Below are positions 38,301 to 47,529 of a DNA stretch of 64,000 bases, piece after piece. The stretch's first letter is position 1. Each line of letters opens with the position of its first letter. The notes under the pieces are model-generated. The model did not search any database and was not told the DNA's origin. It saw only the letters and a list, made by a program, of their open reading frames with translations. Origin of the DNA: a virus. The stretch is taken from positions 128,447 to 192,446 of the IMG/VR virus record IMGVR_UViG_3300028840_005911; one strand, given 5' to 3'. A program made the position numbers and the translations under genes.

Positions 38301-41300
38301 GTCTTCCCGTCTACGTCCTTCGTTCCCTCGAGCAGTCCTTGGAAATCCTTTGCCTTCAGACCGGTAAGGGTTCTGATGGGCTTCTCGAATATCGGAGTAG
38401 GCATTCTTTCCGCCAGTGGGAGGTGGGACCACTTGTCTCCCAGCCGTCCCTGAGGCCACGTGGTGCCTGTCACCTTGGGATCGAACAGTCCTCCCTTCTC
38501 TGGGATGATGGATCTTCCTCGACTGGTGCCCTTGAACGCCTTGCCGGCATCTTCTATGGGGCCGTTGCTCATCTTGAGAACTTCATCGTCGGTCAGTGGG
38601 GACAGCACCAAGGAGTTTCCATCCTTGGTCACATCGACCCCCATACCCTTTAGGTAGCCTTCGAACTTCTTATAGACGAACGGTATCTTCGGAGGGGGGA
38701 TGGGCTCCCCATTTTGAAGAGCGAACCATACATCGTCGTTGAGATCAGACTTCATGGTCTGCATCTCCCTGATGTTGTGCCGTGCACCATGGGCCAGCAG
38801 AGCGTACAGACCCATGGCATCCATGCTCTGACCGCTCGTCGGACCGCCACCCTTCGGGGTCAGGTTGACGTCGTACTTGTCCCGGGACCGTGCCTGAAGC
38901 TTCTTCTCCGCCACGTGGTGGAGCTTCAGGATGTACTGCTTTCCGGTCAGGACTTTCTCGTACTTCTTGTTGGTCTTCGGATCTACAAGGTCCTCGGTGT
39001 CTGACAGGCCGTGCTTCTTGAGCTCAGCCTTCATGTTCCTGACATAGTCCTTGTTGTCGGGGTCGAAGTTGTCCGCGACATAAGGCTTGCCGGTCTTCTC
39101 AGCTATCTTGGATGCGGCAGTCTCGAGTACCTGGCCGAGGTTCATTCTGCTGGGGATACCAGTCTGGTTGAGCAGGACCTCCATGTGGTTGCCGTCTTTA
39201 TCCTGCGGCATCTCTCGGTCGGGGATGATGGCGGTGATGATGCCCTTGTTGGCACTCCTGCCCACGATCTTGTCACCAATGATTGCCGGAGAGTCGGCGC
39301 GGAGATAGACGTTAGTTTGCTTCCCGTGCTTCACTACCTTTACCACCTTAGCCGGGTAGTCGTGCTCCCACGTTATGGGCCTCGGCTTCACCGGGGTGAT
39401 AGATTTCTTGGGGAAGAACAGGTTGAGCATCTTCTGCTCTGGGGTGATCTCTTCCACCTTCAACTGACCGACCAAGAGATCTCCCGGTTCTACTGTCTCA
39501 CCGACTTTGATAACGGCATCGTCGTCCAGCTTCTTGACCTGGTCCTTGGTGTAGGCGCCTGCTGTGTGTGCGGTGAACTTCTTCTTGTCGAGGATGACAT
39601 TCTTCTCGGCAGTCACCCCCTCACGATGAAGATGCTGCGAGGTGAGCTTCTCAGCTGCCGACTCTGAGATGACTATCCCGTCCTCGTAGTTGTACCCCCT
39701 GTAAGGCATGTAGGCCGTCTTGAGAGAGGTACCAAGGGCAAACTTGCCGCCCTTGGTGAAGTTCGAGTCTGCTACGACCTGACCCTTCTTGACCTCGTCG
39801 CCTTTCTTGACCAGGGGGTTGGAATTGAGGAAGCTCTTGTTCTCATTGAGCGGGAAGTTGTCGTAGAGCTGGACCTCGTAGCGCTCTCCATCCTTTCCAC
39901 GAATGATTATCCCGTCGTCCTTGACCTTCTCTACCTTTCCTGACACCGGGGAGCTGTGAGAGTTGAACCTCCCAACAGCCTGTTCGAAGGTAAGGTTACC
40001 TCCGCCCTTCACCTGGACCAGAGGCTCCTCCCTATGCTTCAGGGAGACGGCCTGCTCAGCCTGCTTTGAAGCCATCATGGCCCTGGTACCTTGGGTGTTC
40101 TGCAGGAATGGAATCATATTGGCAGAAAAGTCGAACATCCCCTTCGAAGACTCGAGGATGTAGTCTACCTGCCCTGGCACCAAAACAGAGATGTTCCCCT
40201 CCCTATCAGAGACCTTCACCTCTTTCTCCCTGGGGACAGGTTGGCCCCCAACCCACTTGTACTGGTCCGGGAAGGCCAGGTTGGAGTGGAGGGCAGTGTA
40301 GGGGTCGATCTCTTCGTACTTCTGCTTCTTGGTATTGTAGGCCCGGATCTTCAGAGTGTTGCCATCCTTCTTTGCGCCCAGAGCCATCTGCAAGATGGTA
40401 CCGGTTCTCTCGCTCTCCGGGGTTTGAATGCTGTCGATGAATCCGATGTGGCTGTTACTGACACCTTGCGCCTCCAAAGTTAAGGCGTGGGCGCTCATGA
40501 TACCGTGCTCACCTCCAATTGTGGTCTTCCTGTTGCCATTCAGGAACCCCATCGGGTTGAGCTGCTCTGGTCTCTCAGAGATGACTGAGTTGGTGAAGAA
40601 CCTCTTGATCTGACCTCCGAATAGCTCCGGGTTGACTACGGTCCGCACCTTGTTCGACTTATCGACTACGGTCTGCAGTTTCCCCGATATCTTCCTGCGG
40701 ACATCCTTACTGAGCCTCTCGGTGAGAAGGTCCTCAGTGGAGTAGACATCCTTGAACTCGAGGGAGTCTCTATCGTCTGGCTCATCTTCCTGCCTCGAGA
40801 CCTTGAGGATCTTGTGTGACCCGGTAAGGAGCGCCTCGCCTGTTACCTTGTTGAAAGGTTTACCGAGGGTGATCTTCGTGGAGTCCGGCCTGAGAGCTGT
40901 ACCATCGAAGGCCTCAATGATCTTTTTCTGTGCCTCCTTCAAGTCGGTAGGGGCTTTCCCAGTGATGGCGCGGTACATCTTACGGATGTCGTTCTCAGGT
41001 TTTGCGGCCCTGTTGGCGGTCAGAAGCTCCTTACCCCACCTCTTCTCGATGTCATCATCGGATACCCCCAAGGTCTTCAAGATAGGGTACAGACCGATTG
41101 ACGAGCCACCGTATTTGATGCTCATCTTTTTGGTCTCGGGGCTGAACTCCATCGAGAACCCGCGCCCTTCCACGCCCTTGGCAAGGTTCCACTGAGAGGC
41201 GAGCTCACCGTTCTCCTTGATCCTGGTATAGACCCCGGACTTCAAACGCAGTTGGTTGGCCACCTGCCATTCATTGCCATCCACGATGTAGGTATACCGG

Positions 41301-41590
41301 CGGGTGATCTTGGGGATGCTCCCCACGTTTACAGTCTGTCTGTCCTTGATCTTACCGGTCTTGTTGTCCACCAGAGAGACGTCTGCACGGATTGGTACCG
41401 TCCATGACCTGCCCTTTACCTTCGCATCTGTCTGGGTACGGATGTCGTCGATGTCCTTGTTGTCGTCCACCCACACCTTGTGGGCCACGACCGTGTTCTT
41501 TGCGCCCTTGACCGGGAAGTATTCCTCTACGGTCTTGGACATCCGGTCCTTGAGAACATTGAACGCACTTTCAGGGTGGATGTAGGCCAT
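35399..41590 (-). CDS. single-chain two-barrel RNA polymerase (beta-beta' fusion)
   Basis: beta: GDKIVGR, GIPSRMNLGQ, YILKLHH, GGQ-like TSGQ. beta': GRRQDMSARGTI, RDPVLH, DFDGD, bridge helix HGARMG, trigger loop QAMGEPMSQLSM..FH. Confidence 0.95.
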   Translation of the reverse strand: MAYIHPESAFNVLKDRMSKTVEEYFPVKGAKNTVVAHKVWVDDNKDIDDIRTQTDAKVKGRSWTVPIRADVSLVDNKTGKIKDRQTVNVGSIPKITRRYTYIVDGNEWQVANQLRLKSGVYTRIKENGELASQWNLAKGVEGRGFSMEFSPETKKMSIKYGGSSIGLYPILKTLGVSDDDIEKRWGKELLTANRAAKPENDIRKMYRAITGKAPTDLKEAQKKIIEAFDGTALRPDSTKITLGKPFNKVTGEALLTGSHKILKVSRQEDEPDDRDSLEFKDVYSTEDLLTERLSKDVRRKISGKLQTVVDKSNKVRTVVNPELFGGQIKRFFTNSVISERPEQLNPMGFLNGNRKTTIGGEHGIMSAHALTLEAQGVSNSHIGFIDSIQTPESERTGTILQMALGAKKDGNTLKIRAYNTKKQKYEEIDPYTALHSNLAFPDQYKWVGGQPVPREKEVKVSDREGNISVLVPGQVDYILESSKGMFDFSANMIPFLQNTQGTRAMMASKQAEQAVSLKHREEPLVQVKGGGNLTFEQAVGRFNSHSSPVSGKVEKVKDDGIIIRGKDGERYEVQLYDNFPLNENKSFLNSNPLVKKGDEVKKGQVVADSNFTKGGKFALGTSLKTAYMPYRGYNYEDGIVISESAAEKLTSQHLHREGVTAEKNVILDKKKFTAHTAGAYTKDQVKKLDDDAVIKVGETVEPGDLLVGQLKVEEITPEQKMLNLFFPKKSITPVKPRPITWEHDYPAKVVKVVKHGKQTNVYLRADSPAIIGDKIVGRSANKGIITAIIPDREMPQDKDGNHMEVLLNQTGIPSRMNLGQVLETAASKIAEKTGKPYVADNFDPDNKDYVRNMKAELKKHGLSDTEDLVDPKTNKKYEKVLTGKQYILKLHHVAEKKLQARSRDKYDVNLTPKGGGPTSGQSMDAMGLYALLAHGARHNIREMQTMKSDLNDDVWFALQNGEPIPPPKIPFVYKKFEGYLKGMGVDVTKDGNSLVLSPLTDDEVLKMSNGPIEDAGKAFKGTSRGRSIIPEKGGLFDPKVTGTTWPQGRLGDKWSHLPLAERMPTPIFEKPIRTLTGLKAKDFQGLLEGTKDVDGKTGAPVIVDLLKKVDVDKDLKTLEGKVKDLRGAKLDEANKKIKYLRALKKAELNPVEAYTSSMIPVLPPAMRPVSIMDNGNINYDDLNGLYKGIGKVNDQLRDFPKGLPEEERHKLVSSLYDGMRALALTGKTQYGRQLSGIASTLGGESGGKSPKEAFFQKNIIGRRQDMSARGTIVPEPSLALDEVGLPRKAAMEIYKPFVSANLVRMGYTPGEALDKIRTNSSIAIRALENVVKDRPVMMKRDPVLHKYGLQAFRPVLTEGRAIKVNPLVTSGFGGDFDGDTMSAFVPVSQQAVDETVKMMPSNNLFSPSTGLLMYTPRQEAMLGLYKLTETGKRTGKVYDTAADAARAVQKGEIAETDLIKIRELSKLSELEKLGAPAKETTVARLMLYQALPEDLRDEKLLTDKKTVLDKKTLHDLLSRVASEDLKSFSGTAGRYKDLGNFYSTGLSVGLDDFVADTRYRDLRLGRADKDAKSAKRRISNKARLEKELAKIYANAAKDISDRGKAQLDRSQNRMYDWIRSGARGNWNQFKQIVFGPTLVVDSKGEPVLTPINKSFSEGLDVGSYWASMHGARMGIIGRTKQTKDPGFMSKKMMNITMNQMVTSDDCGTAKGIALSINDRDALGRFTAKDVNLGSKVGKDKGVIPAGTLVDMDLINRLKNNKIREIPVRTPLKCAHGEGLCSKCYGLGPDGQVYPKGTNLGVIASQAMGEPMSQLSMSAFHEGSIVGAKSTTAGNQFKRIEQLLEFPKTLPGAATLSQSSGKVRKIEKDPAGGHNVYVEDKRHFVPSRRELTVRRGAEVKKGDALSTGPKNPLELLPLTNIGTVQRYITDEVKGVYDAVSPVKRRNIETFVRSLTNLSQVVDPGDHPEYLRGDLAPTSKIRSYNSVEGAKKPVKYHPVLRGTAVLSQDMHQDWLARMQATNLKKTVLDASAEGWKSMLHGTHPIPGMAYGKEFSDGTPEEPWLY

Positions 41591-41660
41591 GCCATCTCCT
41601 TAACCGGCGCTGCGTGGCACCTCGAAGACTCAACACGCCATAAATTCTACGAGATTTCTC

Positions 41661-41668
41661 GGTATAAG
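41661..41668 (+). promoter_or_regulatory. GGTATAAG candidate phage promoter
   Basis: Upstream of a plus-strand island; matches motifs at 48709 and 6213. Confidence 0.45.
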
Positions 41669-41716
41669 AGAAGTGTATAGGAGAGTCATACTACTTTTCT
41701 TCAGACGAAAGGAGGT

Positions 41717-41857
41717 ATGCGAGTGACTTCTGGACCGAAATCCACGGAGATTTTGGAGCACGACATCGACGATCTGTTGAGCTGCACGGAGGATGAGGAA
41801 GAAGAGATGGATGACGAAGAGAACCAACAAGAAGAAGAAGGAGAGCAAGATGGTTAA
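41717..41857 (+). CDS. 46-aa very acidic peptide missed by the ORF track
   Basis: AAGGAGGT RBS; MRVTSGPKSTEILEHDIDDLLSCTEDEEEEMDDEENQQEEEGEQDG. Confidence 0.6.
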   Translation: MRVTSGPKSTEILEHDIDDLLSCTEDEEEEMDDEENQQEEEGEQDG

Positions 41858-41929
41858 GCTGTTCATTTTCATGTTTCTAGCGGGGTTCTGTAAGGCGGTA
41901 CTGAACATCCTCGAGGATGAGGTGGCACA

Positions 41930-42286
41930 ATGCCATGCTGCTTCTTGTGCGGGGAGGCCGTAGAGGACGAAATCCTCCGACTCCAACTTGGACTGGTCCA
42001 GTACAAGAAGAGGGGTCCGATATTCCTCGCAGATACTTTTGAGGATGGGTCCGCAGTCAAGTGGATCCATCCCAAATGCGCACCTGGGTGTTACCCCCAC
42101 CTCATGCGCTACGACTACTGCGCTATCTGCGGTCACCAATTCTACGAGGAAGAGTCGGCCCTCTTCATAGAAGCTGGGGAGTTCCAAGGATGGAGAAGGA
42201 GGTCGAAGTTCGACGGGGAATCCGGGGGCGTGCTGCACTACATCTGCGCAGAGGAAGAGCTTGGATTTGACCTATGGCGGGAGTGA
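41930..42286 (+). CDS. Cys/His-rich protein with two repeated Zn-binding modules
   Basis: CFLCG...WIHPKC and CAICG...LHYIC. Confidence 0.65.
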   Translation: MPCCFLCGEAVEDEILRLQLGLVQYKKRGPIFLADTFEDGSAVKWIHPKCAPGCYPHLMRYDYCAICGHQFYEEESALFIEAGEFQGWRRRSKFDGESGGVLHYICAEEELGFDLWRE

Positions 42287-42561
42287 TACCAAAGAAGGCG
42301 GGCCCCAACAGTGTGGGGTGCGAGAACTGCGGAGAGGCATGTGAAGATGAAGTAATCCTGTTCGTCCACATAGTAGAGGGGGAGGAGACCGAACTACCAT
42401 TCTGCAGCGCCGAGTGTTGGCAAGAGTACTTCGACGTACTGCCGGCCACAGAGCTCAAAGAGAAGTATCGCGAAGAGGCGAACTTCATCTACAACCAAGT
42501 CTGTCCGGCATGCAAAGCCAGGTTCAGGAAGAGAGTGTACAAGGAGGTGAATGGGGGTTAG
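42274..42561 (+). CDS. small Zn-finger protein (TRASH/MYM-like)
   Basis: CENCG...FCSAEC plus CPAC. Confidence 0.6.
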   Translation: MAGVIPKKAGPNSVGCENCGEACEDEVILFVHIVEGEETELPFCSAECWQEYFDVLPATELKEKYREEANFIYNQVCPACKARFRKRVYKEVNGG

Positions 42562-45500
42562 ACCATCGCGGCTTCAGGGCCGCGTCTCGGGGGCTTATTC
42601 TCTGGAAGGGGGAGAGCGGCAGAGTTCGTATGAGCCCCGGACCTGGAATTGAGAACTTGAACCACCAGGCTATAGAGCTGGGGATTTCCTTGACGGAGGT
42701 TCGCCAGCTCAGCCTGTTTCTGGTTATCGGGGAGAGCATCGAGCCAAGCAACAATCCTGTTGGCTATGTCCAGCACGCTCATCTGTGGGCCGGAAGCGTC
42801 CAAAGGTGACTGGGCGGCCTCCATAGGCGGGGGCTGCTCTTCTTGAGGAACCATATCAGAGACAGGGGGTACCATACCCATTCGGTTGGCCATCCCCTGC
42901 TCTTGGACCATCATCTGCCCCATTGCGGCGGGGCTTGCGGCACCAGGTTGTCCGGCAGCCATCATACCCATCTGTTGCATCTGATCAGCAGCTTGTGGGT
43001 CCATGGGTGGCTGTCCGGCGGCCTGGGCCTCGAGCATGGACTTCTGTGCTCTTAGCTGGTACTTCTGGATGACCATCTGAGACTCACCCTGAATGGTGGC
43101 CTGGCCGATAGCCTGCTGTCTTTGAGCCTCGAGCATCTTGACACGCTCGTCGTCCATTCTCTTCTGCTCGGCATCGAGATCCCAGTCGGTGTCCTCCATG
43201 AGAGACCTGTCAGAGAGCTTGCCTGCCTGGTTGAGCTGCAGATGGAACGCGCTCCTCTGGAGGTCGTCTGCCATCTTGAACTTCTTATATCTCGGGGCGA
43301 CCGTACGCCATCCCATGAATGCGGCGATCTTCGGGATGATGAAATGCTTAACCATTCGGAGGCGGTCTGACTTCTCGTCCAAGAACTTGTTCTCCAGCAT
43401 ACGGAGGGAGACATTGGATCCCGAGAAGCTGAGGCCACCGAAGACGAGCTCAATCGGAACACCCATTCCGGCGACGATGTGCTCGAGCCAGACACGGTAC
43501 TCCTGGGAGAGGAGAAGAGCCTTGCCATCACCGCCGAGGGTCTGCTGGTTGACAGGGATAGGCATTATGGGGATGTAATTGTTGTCCAAACGCCATCTGA
43601 TGAGCTCCCGCTCCATCTTGTTGCGCCAGCTCCCTAGGTTGACTGAGCTGTACACATCTGAACTTGGCCCCGCAGACTGAGGGAACAGGATGCGAAGAGG
43701 AACTATATGTTCAACTGCTATGCTATTTTTCGTAGCTACCCCAGGGCAACAGAAGGTTGTATCCTCGGTGATCTTAAAATCGATGTAAGTGTCCTCTTCT
43801 ACTTCCTCTATGGCACACACCCTGGTGGCGAAATATTCCTTCCAAAAGAATCCACTTTTACCGGAAGTCACTTCGATGGTAGTAGCTCTGTCTTTGCTCC
43901 AAAGATCCAACATCCTGTCCTTGGACGGGCCGGTTAACATGACATGGAAATGCTCATTTCCACCTTTGATGGTTCTGCCACTGGGAAGAATACTGTCTTT
44001 AGTGGTGAAAGATCGGACGGTGGCTATACACCCTAAATGTAGACACATCCTGTAGGAATCATAGGCCAGGTCTCTACTAGAGGTAGATAGTGTGGCGGAT
44101 TTTTCCCTGACATGTCCATCGGCTTCGAACAGCCCCTTCAGAAACGCAGCTTTCACTTCGTCTGAGGCGTGCAAGATATGCTCGGGGACCTTCTTGTCTG
44201 TTGCTGTCCCAGGTACCAACCCTTTAATTATGTGTCGGGCAATAGTATTTGATAATACGACCGGGCTCACCGCCACATTCTTTTCTTCTAAGGTGCAGTC
44301 CACTTCGAACACCCTGTGAACGGCTGATATAAGCTCTTCGGTGTAGTAACTCGGGTCATCACTTCCTATAGAGAACTCGACGTGCCGCGCACCACAGCTA
44401 CCATCCCCAGCGTACCACCCAAGAATGTACCCTAGATCCTCGTCCATTTTCAGTTTGGACGGGAACCGGTTAGGTAGCCTTCCTTCTTTGGTGTACCTCT
44501 TGGCTGTCTTTTCTGGAGTAGTGTTTCCAAGCTCCTTACCGGACTCCAACCTCTCGAAAGCTTCGGCGGTCTCAAGAGAGCAGCCTGGGTAAACATAGCT
44601 GTCTGTACCCTTAATGCCGGACACCTCTGAAACATCTATCTCGGTAACGTCTGTACGTAGCTCCCTTGGGTAAAGAACATAATCCCCTACGGAGATCTGT
44701 CCTGCGGGGCATACGTACTCCTCGTAGAGGTGAGGGTTCCTCAAGATCACCGTAGAAATCTGTTTCTCCTTCGTATCCTTTCTCCTGTTCACATCGTTCC
44801 TGCCTATAGTTAGCACAGGATGGTTTGGAGAATAGACCGATGGAAATGCCCTTAGGCCAGTAGGAGTTATTTTTACACCTATCTCGTCCTCCCTGGAATC
44901 CCTATACCACTTGTCCTCAACAGGCTGCCACCTTCCCCTGTGGGTACGAACGATATCCCCAACCTTCACGTCATCGGCAGTTTTCAGACCATCGATGGTC
45001 TCGATTAGGGTTTCAGGGGAGACGCACTCGTTCGCTTTTTTCAGAACCTGTAGGTAGAAGGTATCCTTGAGCACGGGGAGGATCATAGGAAGCCCCCAGC
45101 CTTTGTCCTTCTGTGCGATGCTGGGCCGCTTCATGTGGTACAGATTGTCTTTGCTGAAGAGCAGCGACTTGTTGGACTTGACAGCATCGATGAAAGGCTG
45201 CGCCACCCTCTCGATGGTCTCTTTTTTACCTAGCCGGATACCGTTGGCCAGGTTCGGGGGAAGCGTGAAGTAGTATCTGTTCTCCCCGGTGGCTTCGTTG
45301 TGCTCGATGGTGATGTACTCTGGGTTCCACCTGATGAGACGGATGTCCCGCACAGATCGGACCGGCATATCCACCACTCTGTACGGACCGTAACGGCCAC
45401 AGGAGCATTCCCCTTCGAACTTGAAGTCCCTGAAGACGTACTTGGTCCTCTCCACCTTGGTCTGCTTCCCACACGATTTGCACACGAGATACTTCTGGAA

Positions 45501-45887
45501 CGGGAAGTGGATAGAGATAAATGCGTTACCGTAGGCGTGGTAGTCGATCCCTGTCTCGATCTCGAACTGCTTGAACTCGAGGATGTCGTTGAACAGGAAT
45601 TCCCACTTCGTCCGTAAGGCAACGCTGTCCGAGTCGAGAATGAGATCGGTGACCGGGTACTCGGCCATCTTGTAGACGATGGCGTTGATGATCGGGTTGG
45701 TCAGGAAGTAATACCTGCACCACCTGAGCATTGCCTTGAACGAGCTCGGCAGGTAGGTGTGGGCCAGGTCGAAGAACGGAGATGGATACCTTACCGCACC
45801 AAGGGCCTCACTAGTCAGAGACCTACCACTGTTACGTGAGAACCTGAAGGACCCCGCCGGTCCGAAGTCGATTGGAGTAACACTCAT
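42558..45887 (-). CDS. portal protein containing an intein
   Basis: Portal-like segments (NPIINAIVYKMAEYPV, YGNAF, LYHMKRP..WGLP, VPIELVFGG); Gln/Met/Pro-rich tail; about 675 aa after splicing. Confidence 0.8.
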   Translation of the reverse strand: MSVTPIDFGPAGSFRFSRNSGRSLTSEALGAVRYPSPFFDLAHTYLPSSFKAMLRWCRYYFLTNPIINAIVYKMAEYPVTDLILDSDSVALRTKWEFLFNDILEFKQFEIETGIDYHAYGNAFISIHFPFQKYLVCKSCGKQTKVERTKYVFRDFKFEGECSCGRYGPYRVVDMPVRSVRDIRLIRWNPEYITIEHNEATGENRYYFTLPPNLANGIRLGKKETIERVAQPFIDAVKSNKSLLFSKDNLYHMKRPSIAQKDKGWGLPMILPVLKDTFYLQVLKKANECVSPETLIETIDGLKTADDVKVGDIVRTHRGRWQPVEDKWYRDSREDEIGVKITPTGLRAFPSVYSPNHPVLTIGRNDVNRRKDTKEKQISTVILRNPHLYEEYVCPAGQISVGDYVLYPRELRTDVTEIDVSEVSGIKGTDSYVYPGCSLETAEAFERLESGKELGNTTPEKTAKRYTKEGRLPNRFPSKLKMDEDLGYILGWYAGDGSCGARHVEFSIGSDDPSYYTEELISAVHRVFEVDCTLEEKNVAVSPVVLSNTIARHIIKGLVPGTATDKKVPEHILHASDEVKAAFLKGLFEADGHVREKSATLSTSSRDLAYDSYRMCLHLGCIATVRSFTTKDSILPSGRTIKGGNEHFHVMLTGPSKDRMLDLWSKDRATTIEVTSGKSGFFWKEYFATRVCAIEEVEEDTYIDFKITEDTTFCCPGVATKNSIAVEHIVPLRILFPQSAGPSSDVYSSVNLGSWRNKMERELIRWRLDNNYIPIMPIPVNQQTLGGDGKALLLSQEYRVWLEHIVAGMGVPIELVFGGLSFSGSNVSLRMLENKFLDEKSDRLRMVKHFIIPKIAAFMGWRTVAPRYKKFKMADDLQRSAFHLQLNQAGKLSDRSLMEDTDWDLDAEQKRMDDERVKMLEAQRQQAIGQATIQGESQMVIQKYQLRAQKSMLEAQAAGQPPMDPQAADQMQQMGMMAAGQPGAASPAAMGQMMVQEQGMANRMGMVPPVSDMVPQEEQPPPMEAAQSPLDASGPQMSVLDIANRIVAWLDALPDNQKQAELANLRQGNPQLYSLVVQVLNSRSGAHTNSAALPLPENKPPRRGPEAAMV
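43725..45026 (-). mobile_element. intein with LAGLIDADG endonuclease (434 aa)
   Basis: Starts C(VSPET); block B HPVL; LGYILGWYAGDG and AFLKGLFEADG; ends ATKN followed by Ser; more AT-rich than its flanks. Confidence 0.92.
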
Positions 45888-46684
45888 CGTGCACCGTAAT
45901 ACTTGGCGATTGTGCCCAGCTGCTCACCAGCCTCTTCAGGCGTAGGAGCCTCCGCAGCTTGTTGTAAAGAAGCACCGGCCCTCATCCTATCCAAAATCCT
46001 GCCGGCGGCCGACCCCCCTCTATGAAGGCCATACCACAGAGCCATGGGGGCGAGCATCCCGCCCGTCCCGGTACCAAGAAGCCACCCTGCAGCTCCTCCG
46101 GTCTCCCCAAGGAGCCTCTCAATGGTTCCCCCTTCCCCTGTAGGGGTCGGTTCCTTGGCTCCTACAATACTGGGGATGGCGCCGGCGGTGAAGCCTGTGA
46201 ACATACCCTTCTCCCCGACCGGGAGGTACTTCGTTGCCCGGGTCTTCCCTGTCCACCCACGGCGAGAGAGCTCCTCAGCCAAGGCCTTGACCCGGCCGGG
46301 TCCTTGTTCCCCACGGATAATGGACATGAGGGGAGTCCCTGCAGGTTGCTGAAGGTGGCTGGCTGATTGGAGACGCAGAGCCGGAAGCTTATACCAGGGT
46401 GTCCTTGTCCCATGTGCAGTGCGGGCCAACTCACTAACCAGTTCCTTCTTCGTTCTGGGATCAGCCATGGGGGCCATACTTCTCCACCCCCTGGCCATGC
46501 CCTCGAAAGGATGCTGAACCCGGTGGGCGAGCTCTTGAAGACCACCTGCGCCACCCTTAGCCGCCTTCCCCCTGAAGATACCCTTTAGCTTACCGACCAG
46601 TTTGGCTTTGTTTGCTGTCTTGGAGATGGACTCAGTCTCCTCGAAGAACCCGGAGAGCACAGTGTCATCTAGTGGGTGATCCAT
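45884..46684 (-). CDS. basic glycine-zipper protein with FFEETESISKTA leader
   Basis: Leader variant; two hydrophobic Gly-rich helices near the C-terminus. Confidence 0.65.
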   Translation of the reverse strand: MDHPLDDTVLSGFFEETESISKTANKAKLVGKLKGIFRGKAAKGGAGGLQELAHRVQHPFEGMARGWRSMAPMADPRTKKELVSELARTAHGTRTPWYKLPALRLQSASHLQQPAGTPLMSIIRGEQGPGRVKALAEELSRRGWTGKTRATKYLPVGEKGMFTGFTAGAIPSIVGAKEPTPTGEGGTIERLLGETGGAAGWLLGTGTGGMLAPMALWYGLHRGGSAAGRILDRMRAGASLQQAAEAPTPEEAGEQLGTIAKYYGAR

Positions 46685-47529
46685 GACTTGAGCTCCTCCA
46701 GCTGTTCCACCAACTGCTTACGCCGAAGCACCTGATACTTATAGGCTACCACAAGCTTCGCCGCTTGAACATCCTCGGGGATGGTCTCGTCGAGCTCGAG
46801 ACCCAGGTCATTTCTTAGCTCCTCGAATCTATCCTTGGCGGGCTCAGGATCTCGGGTGAGAAACTTCTCTATGTTTCTCCCCACATCTGGGGCAACGAAC
46901 CTCGAAGGCTTCCTGTCCAGAGGGTGCTCCCCGGTGAACCTTCCGACGCAAAAGTCACACCTGTTGTCGTCCAGGTCGTCGTAGTCCACAGTACCACAGT
47001 CCCGGCAATGGAACTTCGGTGCTGACAGAACAGTCTGTGCGAAGTCCAGGGGGTCGGGCAGGTAAGTGACCCCTTCATCGATGGCGCAGGCAGCCACGTA
47101 TCTCTCCACCTCGTCCGAGAACTTCTCCTTCTGAATGGAGTTGGCCATGTCCACTCCGGCCATGAGCTTCGACATAGTGCACTTCTGCCCGACGTCGAAC
47201 CTGGGTATGCAGTTGTTCAGAGCCTGGATAACCTTCTCGAAGACATGCCACTCTTCCCAGAACGCAGTGGACATACCCAAGGTGCGGACTGCCTGGATCT
47301 TATTCCAGTTGTGCTCGCTGATAGATGGAGCCCTAAACACATGAAGGATCTCTTTCTTCAGGGTCTCGGGCTCCCAGGCGAACCAATTGAAACCGAACTT
47401 CTCCATGAGGACCATGGAGAGGGCTACCGGATGTGCATCGTGGTAGCTGAAGAATCGGATGATGGGTTCAAGGGATGCTCGGACTGCGGCCGGAGCAGTG
47501 CGGGCATTGATACCCCACTTACTGCTCAT
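46669..47529 (-). CDS. hypothetical virion-module protein with Zn ribbon
   Basis: Start moved to MSSKW (ATG 47529, GAGGGG RBS); CRDCG...CDFC. Confidence 0.6.
   Translation of the reverse strand: MSSKWGINARTAPAAVRASLEPIIRFFSYHDAHPVALSMVLMEKFGFNWFAWEPETLKKEILHVFRAPSISEHNWNKIQAVRTLGMSTAFWEEWHVFEKVIQALNNCIPRFDVGQKCTMSKLMAGVDMANSIQKEKFSDEVERYVAACAIDEGVTYLPDPLDFAQTVLSAPKFHCRDCGTVDYDDLDDNRCDFCVGRFTGEHPLDRKPSRFVAPDVGRNIEKFLTRDPEPAKDRFEELRNDLGLELDETIPEDVQAAKLVVAYKYQVLRRKQLVEQLEELKSWITH

Noticed and set aside
35399-41590. Host rpoBC contamination or prophage flank
   Set aside because: Too short and divergent, lacks the beta' Zn finger, and is flanked by phage virion genes rather than ribosomal protein genes.
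41630-42238. 202-aa minus-strand ORF upstream of RNAP
   Set aside because: Opposite to RBS-supported plus-strand genes; composition is not gene-like.
46387-46395. Intragenic TATAAG matches (also near 43285, 46738 and 2720)
   Set aside because: Explained by Tyr-Lys codons or a stop codon; no independent support as promoters.
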